A stretch of 64,000 bases of DNA from Mobula hypostoma (Eukaryota). Made by a program: the position numbers and the translations under genes. The DNA lies in the NCBI RefSeq assembly GCF_963921235.1, contig NC_086108.1, positions 99,574,001 to 99,638,000 on the forward strand, written 5' to 3'. The notes under the pieces are model-generated. The model had not been told where the DNA came from. It saw nothing but the letters and a program-made list of their open reading frames with translations, and did not search any database. This document shows, piece after piece, positions 49,252 through 63,170 of the stretch. Numbering within the stretch: position 1 is the stretch's first letter; each line of letters begins with the position of its first letter.

Positions 49252-50339
49252 CTCTAAAGTTTCCAGAGAAAGGTGCGAAAAGCAAAGGGCATCCTGTAGT
49301 TCTGTGGGCGAAAATGTCGTGTTAATGAGAAGGCAGAGAAGAATGGCCAGACTGGTTCAAGCTGACAGGAAACTGACTAACTCAAGTAACCACACGTTAC
49401 AACAGTGGTATGTAGAAGAACATCTCTGAATGTACAACGCACCGAACCTTGAAGTGGATGAACTACAGCAGTAGAAGACCATGAACATACACTCAGTTGC
49501 CACTTTATTAGCTACAGGAGATACCTAATAAAGTGGTCACTCACTATAAGTCATAGGCGCTATTTGCGGCAAAGGTGTGTGGAAATGAAGCTAATGATTG
49601 CAGATAGGTTTTCAATGACATTTCCATCTTGAATCAATAGTTTCATCCAGTTCTACTTCTGGTACGTCTTGCAAAGGAGAGGGTGTGGAATGAACATAAC
49701 TGTCCAAGTTAATTCACACACACAATGCAGGGGAATTTAACAATGACAGTGTTAACCAGAGGAGAAAGTGGTTTCAGCCCAAAGCTATTCTTGTGATCTA
49801 TTTCCTTAATTCACAATTAACTTTTCTTTGATGGAAATAATTAGCTGAAAGATTTCTCCAAAGAATTCTCATTGAGTGACATTTCAATCAAGAGAAAAGT
49901 GAAACAGTCATGCTGTACTAACACTCGGCAGGGAAATCCGCACGGACCCATCTGCACCAGTTGTCACTGACTTCAGCAAAGGTAGACTTTTCTCAAGCTA
50001 CTCGGAACTGCTGTTCAAGAATTTTGTCAAACTTCACTGTAGTCGCAACCTAATCCCACGAATTCACAGATGAATTGCTATTCATCAGCCTTTGCTGCTG
50101 AATCCTGTCATTTTAAGACCATTGATTAAGATGGGCATTTAGAACACATCCAACATTAACGTATATTTCAAGCAGAAGACTCATAATTGACTCCTGGGTA
50201 TTCTAATAGGCATAGCACCCCAATAGACCCATTCCCATTGATCCCTGGCCTTTGTTCTCTATTCTATAGTTGGTTATCCAATTTACTGTAATTCCCCTGA
50301 CCAAAGAGAATTTCCTTTCACATCACAATCACTTACTAT

Positions 50340-51140
50340 TGTAACACACACAAAATTACTGGAGGAACTCAGCAGGGCAGGCAGCATCTGTGGTGAGAAA
50401 TAAAGTCCAGACGTTTTGAGCCGAGAGCCTTCATCAGGACTCGGGGAGGAGGTACAGGAGCCTGAAGACATACACTCAACGATTCAGGAACAGCTGTTTC
50501 CCCTCCACTCTCAGACTTCCGAACTTCCCATGAACCCATGAACACTATCTGACTATTCCATTTTTTGCACCATTTATTTATTTTTCAATTATTGCAATCT
50601 TATGTCTTTACGTTGTACTGATGCTACAAAACATCAAGTTTCTCAATGTGGAAGATGTGGCATTAAACCTAGTGCTGATTCTAAGGGTTAGTAATGTGGT
50701 CAGTAACCCTCTGACCAAAAGTGGAGGGGGGAGGGGAAGAGGGAGATGGTGAGAGAGAGAGAATCATTCATATGATCACATACAAGATCCTGATGAAGGG
50801 TTTCAGCCCAAAATGTTGACTGTTTATTGCTCTCCATAGAAGCTGCCTGACCGGTGAGTTCCTCCAGCATTTTGTGTGTTTTAGCCTGCATTTCCTGCAC
50901 CTGCAGAATCTCTTGTGTTTACAATCACTTACTAAATGTCTTCCAAAAGAAAGCTTCCTAACATCACCACAATTAAGGTCTTCTGCTACTTTTATACAAA
51001 ATCAAAAATTCAAAAAATTCATAAGCACAAGCATAAGGTTTGTGTCCTGATAAAGTGTCTCAGCCCAAAATGTGGACTGTTGATTCCCCTCCATAGATGG
51101 TGCCTGCCCAGCTGAGTTCCTCCCAGCATTTTGTGTGTGT
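50340..51140. mobile_element. Cluster of three Penelope pLTRs with hammerhead motifs (minus 50340-50442; plus 50786-50920; plus 51043-51140)
   Basis: gagtc-ctgatga-aggctctcggctc-aaaac-gtc (minus strand); atc-ctgatga-agggtttcagccc-aaaat-gtt-gactg; gtc-ctgataa-agtgtctcagccc-aaaat-gtg-gactg. Confidence 0.8.
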
Positions 51141-52546
51141 TATTGCAATAAACTGAAATGTTATTTTACTTGCACCAGGAGTTAATTTATGTATTGCCTG
51201 CTCATGATATTTCCTGGTGGTGTGCAGAGAATACTTTCAGTAATCCTGAAACCTAAACTAACTTGCTTTTTCTAGCTCCTGTAACTTCTAGAATGTAGAA
51301 GAGACGAAAGGGAATGAGCAGGGTGGCAGGTATATCTTGATTACACCATTTTACTTTCTGTTCCAAGGAAGATTCAAATCTCACCGAAGTATTAGGATTT
51401 AAGATATTGGCCTGGCAGGATAGTGATTGGCAGAAGCATTAACTTTTTCTTTGAAAACACAATATTAGCAACTTTCTTTCTTTGCCAGGGCAGAAATTAT
51501 GCCATACGGTGCTTGGCAGGTTAGCAGTAGGTACACACTTGGTCAATAAGATCTTCGGCAGCAGTTTTTAATCATTAGAAGAATTTCAACATTCAAGGTT
51601 CAGGATGGTTTTATTCATCCTTCAGTGCACCAGTATAAAGGAGAACAAAATGATTGTTATTCCCAATTCCACGCAGCATAAAAAACACAATAAGCATAAC
51701 AAAACAATTAAAAATACAAAAAGTATTGAAGAAGTCCCTTAAAACATCATGTACAAGTAACTATATTGTATGTACATTAATTGTCGCTAGGTGATGGATA
51801 CAGTAAGTAGTGATGGTGGGAGTGGGTTAATGGGTAGAGGTGTTCATCAGCCTGATGCTTGGGGAAAGTAAGTATTTCTGAATCTAGTGGTGCTGGCCTC
51901 TTCTCTGTTGGGAGAGGGACAAACAGTGGGAGGGATCCTTCATGATATTGCTGGCTTTTCCTGGCATCTTTCTGTATATGCTCTATGTCCTTGATAGCAG
52001 ATAGACTGGCGTCCATTTGGAGTGGAAAGTCCCTAGGATACTTTTCATTGCCCATTTGTGTGTGTGTGCATGCAAGTGTGAGGGGTGGGGATGCAGGGGC
52101 TAAGTTTGTGATTAAGAAATCTTAGCTCATAATGCAACAGGCATCACAAGTGTGTTGTAGGTTTGGATCAGTTTGTCCTTTTCTAGCCTGACATTTCAGT
52201 ATGTCTGTGACTCGATTAAAATCTTTTGGCAATGTCTTTTCTGTCTTATTTATAGGAATGCACAGTCAGGCAAGGGAACCCATAAGCAAAGATATTTCTC
52301 ATTTATTCTGTTTCAGATTCAGATCCAGATCTATTCATCAAATCTATATCTCGAACCATACAGTGAAATGCATCGTTTGCATTAACAACCAACACACCCG
52401 AGGGATGTGCGAGGAGCAGATCTCAAGTGTTGGCATACATTTCAGCACCAGCATATCATGCCCACAGTATTCAACAATAAGCAACCAAACATCAACAAAA
52501 AAACAAGCCCCTTTCCTCCTTCCCAACCACCCACACAGGCAGACAG

Positions 52547-53135
52547 TCATAGAAACATAGAAAACCTACAACACAATACAGGCCCTTTGGCCCACAAAGC
52601 TGTGCCGAACATGTCCTTGACTTAGAAAATACCTAGGCACACCCATAGCCCCCTATTTTTCTAAGCTCCATGTATCTATCCAAGGGTCTCTTAAAAGACC
52701 CTATTGTATCTGTCTCCACCGTCGCCAGCGGCCCATTTCACATACTCACCACTCTGTGCGTAAAAAACTTACCCCTAACATCTCCTCTGTATCTGCTTCC
52801 AAGCACCTGAAAACTGAGCCCTCTCGTGCTAGCCATTTCAGCCCTGGGAAAAGCATCAGACTATCCACACGATCAATGCCTCTCGTCATCTTATACACCT
52901 CTATCAGATCACCTCTCATCCTCCGTCACTCCAAGGAGAAAAGGCCGAGTTCACTCAACCTATTCTCCTAAGGCATACTCCCCATTCCAGGCAACATCCT
53001 TGTAAATCTCCTCTGCACCCTTACTATGGTTTCCATATCCTTCCTATAATGAGGCGACCAGAACTGAGCACAGTACTCCAAGTGGAGTCTGACCAGGGTC
53101 CTATAGAGCTGCAACATTACCTCTCGGCTCCTAAA
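52547..53135 (-). mobile_element. CR1 3' fragment with (TTTCTATG)n tail; same subfamily as 63708-64000
   Basis: catagaaacatagaaa tail; reverse frame LVRLHLEYCAQFWSPHYRKD. Confidence 0.85.
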
Positions 53136-53596
53136 AGTCCTCCAGTCCCAGGACAGGCCTCTAGGCTTCAGCCATTGGGCTTCGACGTCTGGACTGCCAA
53201 TTAGCCTTCGGGCTCTAATCTTTAGTATTCACTCCCAGACAGGACAATGACAGCATCCCTGACTCCAGGCTCGAACTCCGGGTGTGCTGACAATCCTTGT
53301 GCCTCCTCCTTGCATGGATATCCAGTCCTGGGCACACTGACTGGGACAGTCCAAAGTCAACGTGCTTATTCTGCCGTCCAAGATAAAGGCATTAATGGAA
53401 ACGCCGGTATTTACTGTCCATCTCTAATAGCTTCTGAACTGAGGAGGCAGTTCAAGTTCAACTACATTTTTCACTAGAGATTTTTTTTCATATCACACAG
53501 TCCTGCAGACTACAAAAGTCAATGAACAGTGGCCCAGTACATCACACCTACAGGCTAAGAGTGCAAATTTTATATTAAATAGCAGCAGTAATATTT

Positions 53597-54692
53597 AACT
53601 CAGTCGCCACTTTGTTAGGAACAGGAGTGGAACTCATAGCTGTAGCCCATCCACTTCGTGATTCAACGTGTTGTGTGTTCAGAGATGTTATTCTGCACAC
53701 CGCTGTTATAACGTGTGGTTATTTCAGTTCCTGTCAGCTTGAACCAGTGTGGCCTTTCTCATTTGACCTCTCTCAGTAACAAGGAGTTTGCACCCACAGA
53801 ACTGCCACTCACTGGATTTCTTTTTTGTTTCTCGCTCAGTTCTTTGTAACTGTGAAAATTCCAGGAGATCAGCTGTTTCTGAGATACTCAGACCATTCCG
53901 TCTGGCACCTCCAATCATACCACAGTCACACTTCCTCCCCATTCATATGCTTGGTCAGAACAAGAATCGGACCTCTTGACCATGCCCGCATGCTTTTATA
54001 CATTGAGTTTCTGGCACAAGATTAGACAATAGACAATAGGTGCAGGAGTAGGCCATTCGGCCCTTCGAGCCAGCACCGCCAGTCACTGTGATCATGGCTG
54101 ATCATCCACTATCAGTATCCAGTTCCTGCCTTATCCCCATAACCTTTGATTCCGCTATCTTTAAGAGCTCTATCCATCTCTTTTTTGAAACTATCCAGAG
54201 ACTTGGCCTCCACAGCCTTCTGGGGCAGAGCATTCCATACATCCACTACTCTCTGGGTGAAAAAGCTTTTCCTCAACTCCGTTCTAAATGGCCTACCCCT
54301 AATTCTTAAACTGTTGCCCCTGGTTCTGGACTCACCCATCAGCGGGAACATTCTTCCTGCCTCCAGCGTGTCCAATCCCTTAATAATCTTATATGTTTCA
54401 ATAAGATCCCCTCTTAGCCTTCTAAATTCCAGAGTATACAAGCCCAGTCGCTCCAATCTTTCGACATATGACAGTCCCGCCATCTGGGAATTAACCTTGT
54501 GAACCTACGCTGCACTCCCTCAATAGCAAGAATGTCCTTCCTCAAATTTGGAGACCAAAACTGCATACAGTACTCCAGGTGTGGTCTCACCAGGGCCCTG
54601 TACAGCTGCAGAAGGAGCTGCAGAAAGATTGGCTAATTAGAAATTTGTATTAGTGAGCAGGTGTACAGATGCATCTAACAAAGTAGTCACTG
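53597..54692 (-). mobile_element. Short Tc1-derived element split by a young CR1 (54024-54615)
   Basis: ORF 53724-53942 GMIGGARRNGLSISETADLL; decayed TIRs at both ends; CR1 ORF 54112-54483 with (ATTGTCT)n tail and flanking aagatt repeats. Confidence 0.8.
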
Positions 54693-54899
54693 AAAAATAT
54701 TCCATGTTAGCATGAAGCTCACAATATAAACAGTATACATGCTAATAATAAAAACAACAAACACCAAAACAACGGATTGGTGCAATGTATAGTAACACCA
54801 ACTAATGTCACCATCAAAGCTTCCAGTTCTGGGTGAAGCTCTCGCATTTCCCACCAGGAACTGAAGTTCTTTATTATGCACACATAATAATACAGTGAT

Positions 54900-55880
54900 A
54901 TAATAGACAAAGTGACATTAGAGGTTCAAGGACAGGGCAACTCCAATGGAAGTAAGGTTGAAAGTGATGATTGGTTCAGGTGTCTGATAGCAGTGGAGAA
55001 GAAGCTGTTCTTGAGTTTGGTCATCTGGGCTTTCAAGCTCCTGTATCTTCCAGAATGTACATGGGAAATGGGCAGAGTGGTAGGTATCCTTGATTATACC
55101 ACGACCATTTCTGAAGCAATACACTGTGAAGGAGGAGTGAATGATGGAAGGTGGTGATGAGACTCTGATCGACAGGGCAGTGCAGGTTCTGATGGTCCAG
55201 AGCAGAGCAATTGCCACGCCAGACTGCGATGCAATCTGTCAAGATGTTTTCTATGAGTACCAGTTCAACAGAATCCTCGTGGACATGCTGAATCTTTTCA
55301 AAGTTCAAAGTAAAATTTATTATCAAAATATATATATATCACCATATACAATCCTGAGATTTATTTTCTTGCGGGCAATCACAGTAAATGTAAGAAATGC
55401 AACAGAATCAATGAAAGATCACACCCAGCAAGACCAACAATGGCCAATGTGCAAAAAAAAACCCAATCTGTACAAATAAATAAAAGAAAGAAAAATGAAA
55501 CAATAAAAAATAAGCAATAAATATCGAAAACATGAGATGAAGAGTCGTTGAAAGTGAGTCCAGTTCAGTGGTAGGACGGGTGAGGCTGAGTGAAGTTATT
55601 TCCTCTGGTTCAAGAGTCTGATGGCTTACGGATGATAACTGTTCCAGAACCCGGCTGTGTGGGCCCTGAGCATTTTATACCTTCTTCCTCATGGCAGCAG
55701 TGAGAAGAGAGCATGATGGCTCAGAAAGCAAATGGGCTGACATGTTTCCTTGATTGCCACAGAAGTATGGAAGGAGCAAATTGATGATGATACAGGTGCC
55801 AAGGAACTTGAAGCTGTTGATCACCTCCACATTAGTTCCATTGAGGAGGACAGGGCTGTGGTCCCACACATTCCCACCCC
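54900..55880 (-). mobile_element. Stacked Rex1/Babar fragments
   Basis: IENILTDCIAVW.GNCSA and VEVINSFKFLG; the 3' UTR resembles 17215-17745. Confidence 0.7.
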
Positions 55881-57299
55881 ACTCCTCCTCCCCCCCCACA
55901 ACCACCAACTCTGGTTCCTTAGGTCAATAACATTTTTATCTTTAGTCATTGTTCATAAGACCATAAGATATAGGAGCAAAATTAGGCCATTTGGCCCAGC
56001 AAATTTGCTCTGCCACTCAATCATGGCTAATTTACTTCCCCTCTCAATCCTATGCTTCTGCATTATTCTCGTAACCTTTGATGGGCTTACTTATCAACTT
56101 CTGCTTTTAAAATCCTTTATAACTTGAGCTCCACAGCTACCTATACAATGAATTCCACAAATACACCACCATCTGGCTAAAGAAATTCCTCCTCACCTCT
56201 GTCCTTCTATTCTGTGGCTTTGTCCTCTGGATCCCAGACTCTTCCATTATTGGAAGCAGCCTCTCCAAATCCACTTTATCTATGTCTTTCAATGTTTGAT
56301 ATCCCCCCTCTACTCCCATGCCCTATTCTTCTTAACTCCAGCAAATACAAGACCAAAGCCATCACATGCTACTCATAAATTAACCCTTTCATTCCCATGA
56401 TCATTCTTGTAGACCTCATCTGGACCTTCTTCAGTGCCAGCACACCCTTTCTTAAATATTGTCCTGACGTGATGAGTCAAGGTTTGCAGTCTCCTTCCAG
56501 TATGCAAGAGACTGCAGATGCTAGAATCTGCAGAAAAATCCACAAACTTGGCTCGTTGACTAGCATTTGTGGGGTTGGATAGGAATTGCAGATATTTTAT
56601 ATTGGGATATATATCAATTAAAGCAGCATTCGTTCTCGCATCAGGGCACAAAAAGTAGAAGGCATGTACCACCGGACAGCTTCTATCTCATTGTCATCAG
56701 ATTTTTGAACGTTCTCCCCATATGCTGAAGAACAACTCTTCCACTCCCAATCCACCTCCTCGTGGCCCTTGCACTTGTCTATCAGCACTGCACTTTTTCT
56801 GTAACTGTACCACTCCCCTGCATTCTGTTTTCCTTTCTGTACTACCTCTACTTAAAAGTAGGGCATGATCTCAGAACCATAGAGTGATACAGCATAGAAA
56901 CAGGGCATTCGGCCCAATTCTTTCATGCTGACCGTGGTGCCCAGCAAGCTGGTCCCATTTGCCAATGTTCGGCCCATATACCTCTAAACCCCTCCTATCT
57001 ATATACTTTTCCAAATGTCTTTTTAAGTGTTTCATCAGGTTGTACAATATATAGTTCCATACAAATTCAAATTAATATTTATTGTATTTATTCATCCATT
57101 GTATTTATTTGCCATCCAATTCATTGTTAAAGTGGGAAAAAAATCATATTAATCTGGAAAGTAATTGAAAAGCAGAACAATACAGATTGCAGAAGTCTGA
57201 AATAAAGCAGAAAAAACTGGGAATACACAACAGGTCAGGCAGCATCAATGGAGTGTTAAACAAAGTCAACATTTTAGTTCACAGAGTACCTGAGAAACA

Positions 57300-57720
57300 A
57301 AGAATCAGAATCAGGTTTAATATCGCCGGCATATGTCATGAAATTTGTTGTTTTGCAGCAGCAGTACAATGCAATACATAATAATTAAAAACTGTGAATA
57401 ACAGTAAATACATGCATATACAGTATTTTAAAAAGTTAAATTAAATAAATCGTGCAAAAAGAGAAAAATGAAGTCGTGAGGTAGTGTTCATGGATTTAAT
57501 ATCCATTCTGAAATCTGATGGCAGAGGGGAAAAATCTGTTCCTGAGTCATTGATTGAGTGCCTTCAGGCTTCTGTACCTCCACCCTGATAGAAGCAATGA
57601 GAAGAGGGCCTGTTCTGGGTGATGGGGGTCCTTACTGATGGATGCCACCTTTTTGAGGCATCGATCTTTGAAGACGTCCTGGATGCTGGGGAGGCTACTG
57701 TCAATGATGAAGTTGACTGG
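57300..57720 (-). mobile_element. Rex1/Babar 3' end
   Basis: agaatcagaatcagg tail; colinear with 46652-47092. Confidence 0.8.
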
Positions 57721-58414
57721 TTGAGAGAATTTGTAACAACTACCTTCTGTAGTTCATAGGCGTACTGGTTATTCCCATTCTAAGCATAAGCTATCGAAGA
57801 GAAGCACAGTCAGGAGCTGCATACCAATGCAAGGTTAATTTCTGCTGCAACCACCCACCTCACCCTTCATTCTAAGCTTCCCTCTCCAACCACCCATTCA
57901 ATGTGAACTGCGTATTGTACATTTACACTTGAGGATCAATGTCATATAGTAGTCCACCAATAATCTGCCAACCCTTCTAGCCCACCACCCTACCACTATT
58001 CCCTATAATTATTGCCAAGCTCTGACAGTGGACGGCTGTACATTGTTTATCATCCACTCCTACCTGCCTCACCAATCTTATGGGTACAATCTTTGACCAT
58101 GTCGACAGACCTTAAAAGCTGTGGAGTATGGGGGCGAGGGGGGGGGGTCAAAGCAAATATTAAGTTACTGAGATTGGGAAATAACTTTGGCGTGTCACTG
58201 CATTGAGGTCTGAAACCAAAATGGGTAAAGGGTGCTCATATTGGCCATCCACCATTGGCAGGATGGTTTTGATTGGATATCATTGGCAAGGGTTGGACCA
58301 GTATTTGAGAATAAATAATAAGATAATCAAGGAAAATGCAATTGGGCATAACTATTCTCAAAGCTAGCATCTTCTTGACTGACCCAAAATTCTGATCTGC
58401 AAGTTTCTACAATT

Positions 58415-58780
58415 TTAGACCATAAGACCATAAAATATAGGAGCAGAACTTGGCCATTTGGCCCACTGAGTCTGCTCCGCTATTTCATCATGGCTGATCC
58501 ACTTCGCTCTCAGCCCCTATTTCCTGCTTCTGCCCTTATCCATGTCTAATCAAGAATCAATCAACCGTTGCCTTAAACATACCCAATGACTTGGCCTCCA
58601 CAGCTATCTGTGGCAACAAATTCCACAGATTCATTGTTCTCTGGCAAAAGAAATTCCTCCTCATCTCCGTTCTAAATGGACGTCCCTCTATTCTGAGGCT
58701 GTATCCTCTGGTCTTAGAGTCTCCCACCAGAGGGAACATCCTCTCTGCATCCACTTTGTCAAGGCCTTTCAACATTCAAA
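58415..58780 (-). mobile_element. CR1 3' fragment
   Basis: MLKGLDKVDAERMFPLVGDSKTRG...; agaccataagaccataa tail. Confidence 0.85.
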
Positions 58781-60470
58781 AGTTTGGTCAAAAACCATTC
58801 ATCTTGGAGTCATTGTACTACAGCATGGAAACTGGCCCTTGGGCATGGGCCTAACTTATCCATATCGACCAAGGTGCCCATTTAAGCAAGTTTTTCCCAT
58901 ATCCCTTTAAGTCCTTCCTATCCACGTACTGTCCGATGTTGGTATTGTACCTGTCTCAACCACTTCCTCTGGCAGCTCATTTAGTGAAAGTCTTAAGCAA
59001 ATCCAAACTCAACAACCACACTTGTTGCCCAGAAGATCTTGACTCTCTGAGAAAGGAAATATTCACATCTGTGGCTTGGTTAACATGCTACACAGGGGAA
59101 GAGATTTCCATTTTGATTCCCTACGCAAACAAAAGTACATTTGTGTTGTATTTTGCTCTCAGAATCACACACTGGCACCAATTAAAGGAGAAATTCTGCC
59201 CTGCTCGGTCCCCAAGAAGAATTTAATTAATCAAGCCAACTCCCTTACTGATTTGAACTGTCAGTGGGAAAAAAATTTTAATAATTGACTAGTCTTTGGA
59301 GCTTAATCAATGTTCTTTTTTTCCCCTTGAACCTGCTTCGTGTGTACAGCGAACTGTGTGGGAAAAATAGCTGCAAGTAAAGACTAATATTGTAAAAGTA
59401 ATTAAAAAGCAACAGGGTGAAGCAGTAATGAGAATGTTATATTTACAGGTTAATTAACCAGCACAATCTGATCAAAAAAATAACATGATTTATAGGAAGT
59501 ATATGAGCTGGAAATGAAAAGCATTGTTTGTGATTAGTTTGATTTTAATTTACAATGCCTGTAATTATTTATTCAGGTTTTATAATATCCCTGTGTTTCC
59601 TTCAAGCACTGTGCTAATTTTCCCTTTTTGAAACATACTTCATGATCATCGTGATTGTATTAACAATAACTACGATGAGTGCAACCAAGATTGTCAACAA
59701 CAACTTCTCTGTCTATGGAGCTTATCGTGCATACATAAATAACTCAATGCACTCTGTGTTAGGAAGAAAAGCTATGGGTATTCCATTTTGGAACAGGATT
59801 AACCTCTCATAGTCCCAGAACATATCCAACACAGTTAAGAGAGCTCACCTCTACTTTCTGAAGAGGCTTAAGAGAGCTGGAAATAAGGTCAAGGTGGGCT
59901 GAATGTCCTCCTTCCGTGTAGTTAGCTTCAATAAAACTTTCCTCTACTTCTGAAGTTGTCTTCCTTCATCCTTGGGAGTTGCTGTTCCTTGGAAGACTCT
60001 TCTCTCTGGGAGTCCATAACCGTAGCTGTTCACTTTACAATTTCAGGACAACTCACACCATTCACACTCCTCTTTATATCGGCAGTGCACCCTTGGAAAC
60101 TGCGAGTGGTTTCAAACTCCTGAGAGTGCACATCTCACACAACCTCCCAAGGTCCCAGAACACATCCTACACAATCAGGTCCACCCTCCTTGTTACTTCC
60201 TCGAAGAACACTAACAGATTTGTCAGGCAAGATTTCCCTTTATAGAAACCTTGCTCACTTTGACTTATTTTATCATTAATCTCCAACCTTCACCCACTAA
60301 CACACGCCATCACCACTACTTTATCATTTCCAGTCATTGTCGCTTTATTACAGACACTCCTGTGCCTAGTGTCACTTTATGTATATACAGCAAGTCTACA
60401 TATCTTAACATATTTATATTTATTGTGTGTTTCATGGTATTCTTTATGTTTATTGGGTGCTTCTTTTTTG

Positions 60471-61332
60471 GTTCAATTTGTTCAATAGGTTCAATAGGTA
60501 CATTTAATGTCAGAGAAATGTATACAATATGCATTCTGAAATTCTTTTTCTTTGCAGACATCCACGAAAACAGAAAAGTGCTCCAAAGAATGAATGGTTC
60601 TAACAGTTAAAATGTTAGAACTCCAAAGATGCCCCCCCCAACTTCCCCTCCCACGCACAAGCAGCACCAAAGCAATCACCCCATCCACACCCCAACCAGC
60701 AAAAAAAGCATCAGCACTCTCTACCAAGCACTCAGGCATGCAGCAAAGCATCAATAGAGACACAGACTTGCAGTACCCTTCAATTACTTGTTCACCCGGT
60801 AATTCGACATACCACAGGCTCTCTCTCTCTCCCCAATAAGTGAAAAAGAGGTGTCCCCATTTCACAGCGAGAGGGGAGACATAACAAACAACTCACTGAT
60901 TTACGATGTTAAACGTCTGTTGTGTCACTTTTTCGGAGCTCTGCACCCAGAGAGTTGGCACCAATAATACACAGCTCTCCGGACACACAATCCCCGGCAG
61001 CTAACCCACTGCTCCTGGTGTTCTGTGATCTCTCGCGACGTTTCAGTCAGGGGCTCCAGCCTAGAATCAGCACATTTCCTGAGACACAAAAACACGGAAC
61101 CCTAAGGGTGCATTCATCCTCCAGGCAGTGAGATAACAAAAAGCAGCCGGTTGTGAGGCCTCGAGTGCAAGTCCCATTCCCGCAAAAAACCGAAGTCAGA
61201 ATGTAACTCCAGGTCAGGGTCTTCAAGAGAACCTCCCACACTCTGAAAAGGGGAAAAAAAGAGATATCAAAGATAGAAATAGAGCTGTTCTGAAGACGCA
61301 AGCAAAGGAGTTGCTGTTTAACGCCATCTTGA
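60471..61332 (-). mobile_element. ~860-bp non-coding retroposon starting CAAGATGGCG, with a (CCTATTGAA)n tail, inserted in a Rex 3' UTR
   Basis: cgccatcttg at 61322-61331; ttcaataggttcaatagg tail; no recognisable protein in its ORFs. Confidence 0.6.
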
Positions 61333-62564
61333 CTTTGCTCACCCTCAGATCAGTGCATTGGACCCAGAGTAACAATCATTTTGTTCTCCTTTACATTCGA
61401 GTACTGGCAAATGACATTAAACAATCTTGAATCTTGAACCAGAATAGTTATCTTTTTTTTTGAAGTTTGCTTTTCAGGACATGATTGTCACAGCATTCAT
61501 TGTCATACCTGATGGCCTGAAAGTGGTGGTGAGCTACCTTCATGAACAGTTGCAAACTTCACTGCAGAGTGCATTAATGTAGGGAGTTCCAGGACTTAGA
61601 CCGAAGTTTGCTAGCTGATGTTAGAGGGCAGGTAATTGTCAACCATACTGAAAATCACCAATTGCAGAGGACAACATTTTATGGTGAGAGGAAAGAGGCT
61701 TAAAGCAAACAGAGTCATAGAAGAGTCAATAATGCAAAAAGAGAGCAAAATAGTCTGATAGCGGTCATGCATTTATGGACCATCTTGAAATATGATGGTG
61801 GAGGGGAAGAGTCTGTCTCTAAAACATTGAGAGCGCATCTGGAAAAAATATAGTTATGAAAAGTGATTGATATGGGTTGAGGTTGTTTTCTTAGGAACAT
61901 GAGAGACTCTGGGCTACAACATTGAGAGACCTCAGAAGGAATCATTTCCCATAGCAGGATGGTTGATAGCTAAGAGACAGCATTTCTAAATTAATTAGGG
62001 GAGATGAGGAAAATTATTTTTTAAACCTGATGAGTAATGAGAGCTTGAAACTCACTGGAATGGAGACAGAAATTTTCTCATCATGTTTACAAAAACCCAG
62101 GTAGGTGTGTGATAAGCCACAGTCTACAAGGGTACTAAATGACTGGGGAATTGGGAGCAACCTACATATCTGTATTAAATAAGTAAATAATAAAGATTCC
62201 ATGGTGAGGAGATATAGTGATTTCCTGTGTTCATTACAAACAAAATTAACTGGTTATTGAGGACTCTGCTGTTTGCAAAATCAAACTGTGTGCAAATTAA
62301 TTGCTGCATTTGCTTACATAACAGTTATTTTATCATCATTAATTATAAACTCATGTATTTCTGAGCATGGCGATGAGGCATTGCCTAATTACACTTCACC
62401 AATATAACTGGCTTAAAAATCCACAGCTTAGGATATGTTGGGATTGCACACTGTTGACAGAGCAGGAAGGGGCCCGGGTAACCAGAAGGTTTCAGACTGC
62501 TGTTATTCAGATTCCCAGATGTAGACAGCGATATCAATCAGGCTGATAGAGTCTGAAGCACACA

Positions 62565-63170
62565 GCAGTCCTCATTGAAGGGGCCAGCAGTGGAAAGGGT
62601 GAGCAGTTTCAAGTTCCTGGGTGAACATCTCAGAGGACCTATCTTGGGCCCACCATATTGAAGTGATCATGATGAAGGCACAACAGCAGCTATACTTCAT
62701 CAGGGGTATGCCACTAAAGACTCTAGCAAATATCTACGGGTGTACCATGGAGAACATCCTGAGAGGTTACATCACCGTCTCATGTGGAGGCGCCAGTACA
62801 CAAGGTTCTGAGAGGCTTCAGAGGTTTGCAGACCCAGCTAGCTCCATCATGGTCTCAAGTTTGCTCACCATCAAGGACATCTTCCAAAGGCGGTGCGTCA
62901 TGAAGTTGACTTGAAGGACTGTTGCCATATGGGACTTGCCCTCTTCACAGAGAGGAGGTACAAGAATCGAACGACTCTCAGCTTCTTCCCCTCTGCCATT
63001 AGATTTCTGAATAGTCCATGAACCCATGAACACTACTCACTATTCCTCTTTTGTACTATTTATTTGTAATTATGAATGATAGTAATTTGCAATGAATGTA
63101 CTGTACTGCTGCCACAAACAACGAATGCTCCTGACAAATATGTTGGTGATGATAAACTTGGTGCTGATTC
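62565..63170 (+). mobile_element. Rex1/Babar 3' fragment
   Basis: VERVSSFKFLG, KAQQQLYFIR and CTMENIL motifs. Confidence 0.8.

Larger units (their letters stand above)
47232..49542 (+). mobile_element. Short Tc1-derived element (47232-47410 and 49088-49542) split by a CR1 endonuclease-region fragment and further inserts
   Basis: TIR cactcagtg.ccactttatta; the transposase N-terminus MGKK..SDFD resumes as ARRNGLSISET...MARLVQADRK. Confidence 0.75.

Noticed and set aside
49800..49825. U12-type branch site ttccttaat followed by AC
   Set aside because: All downstream frames close quickly, and I identified no U12 donor.
62059..62097. RSS nonamer ACAAAAACC (also GGTTTTTGT at 48902)
   Set aside because: No CACAGTG-like heptamer lies at 12- or 23-bp spacing, and no V or J segments are seen.
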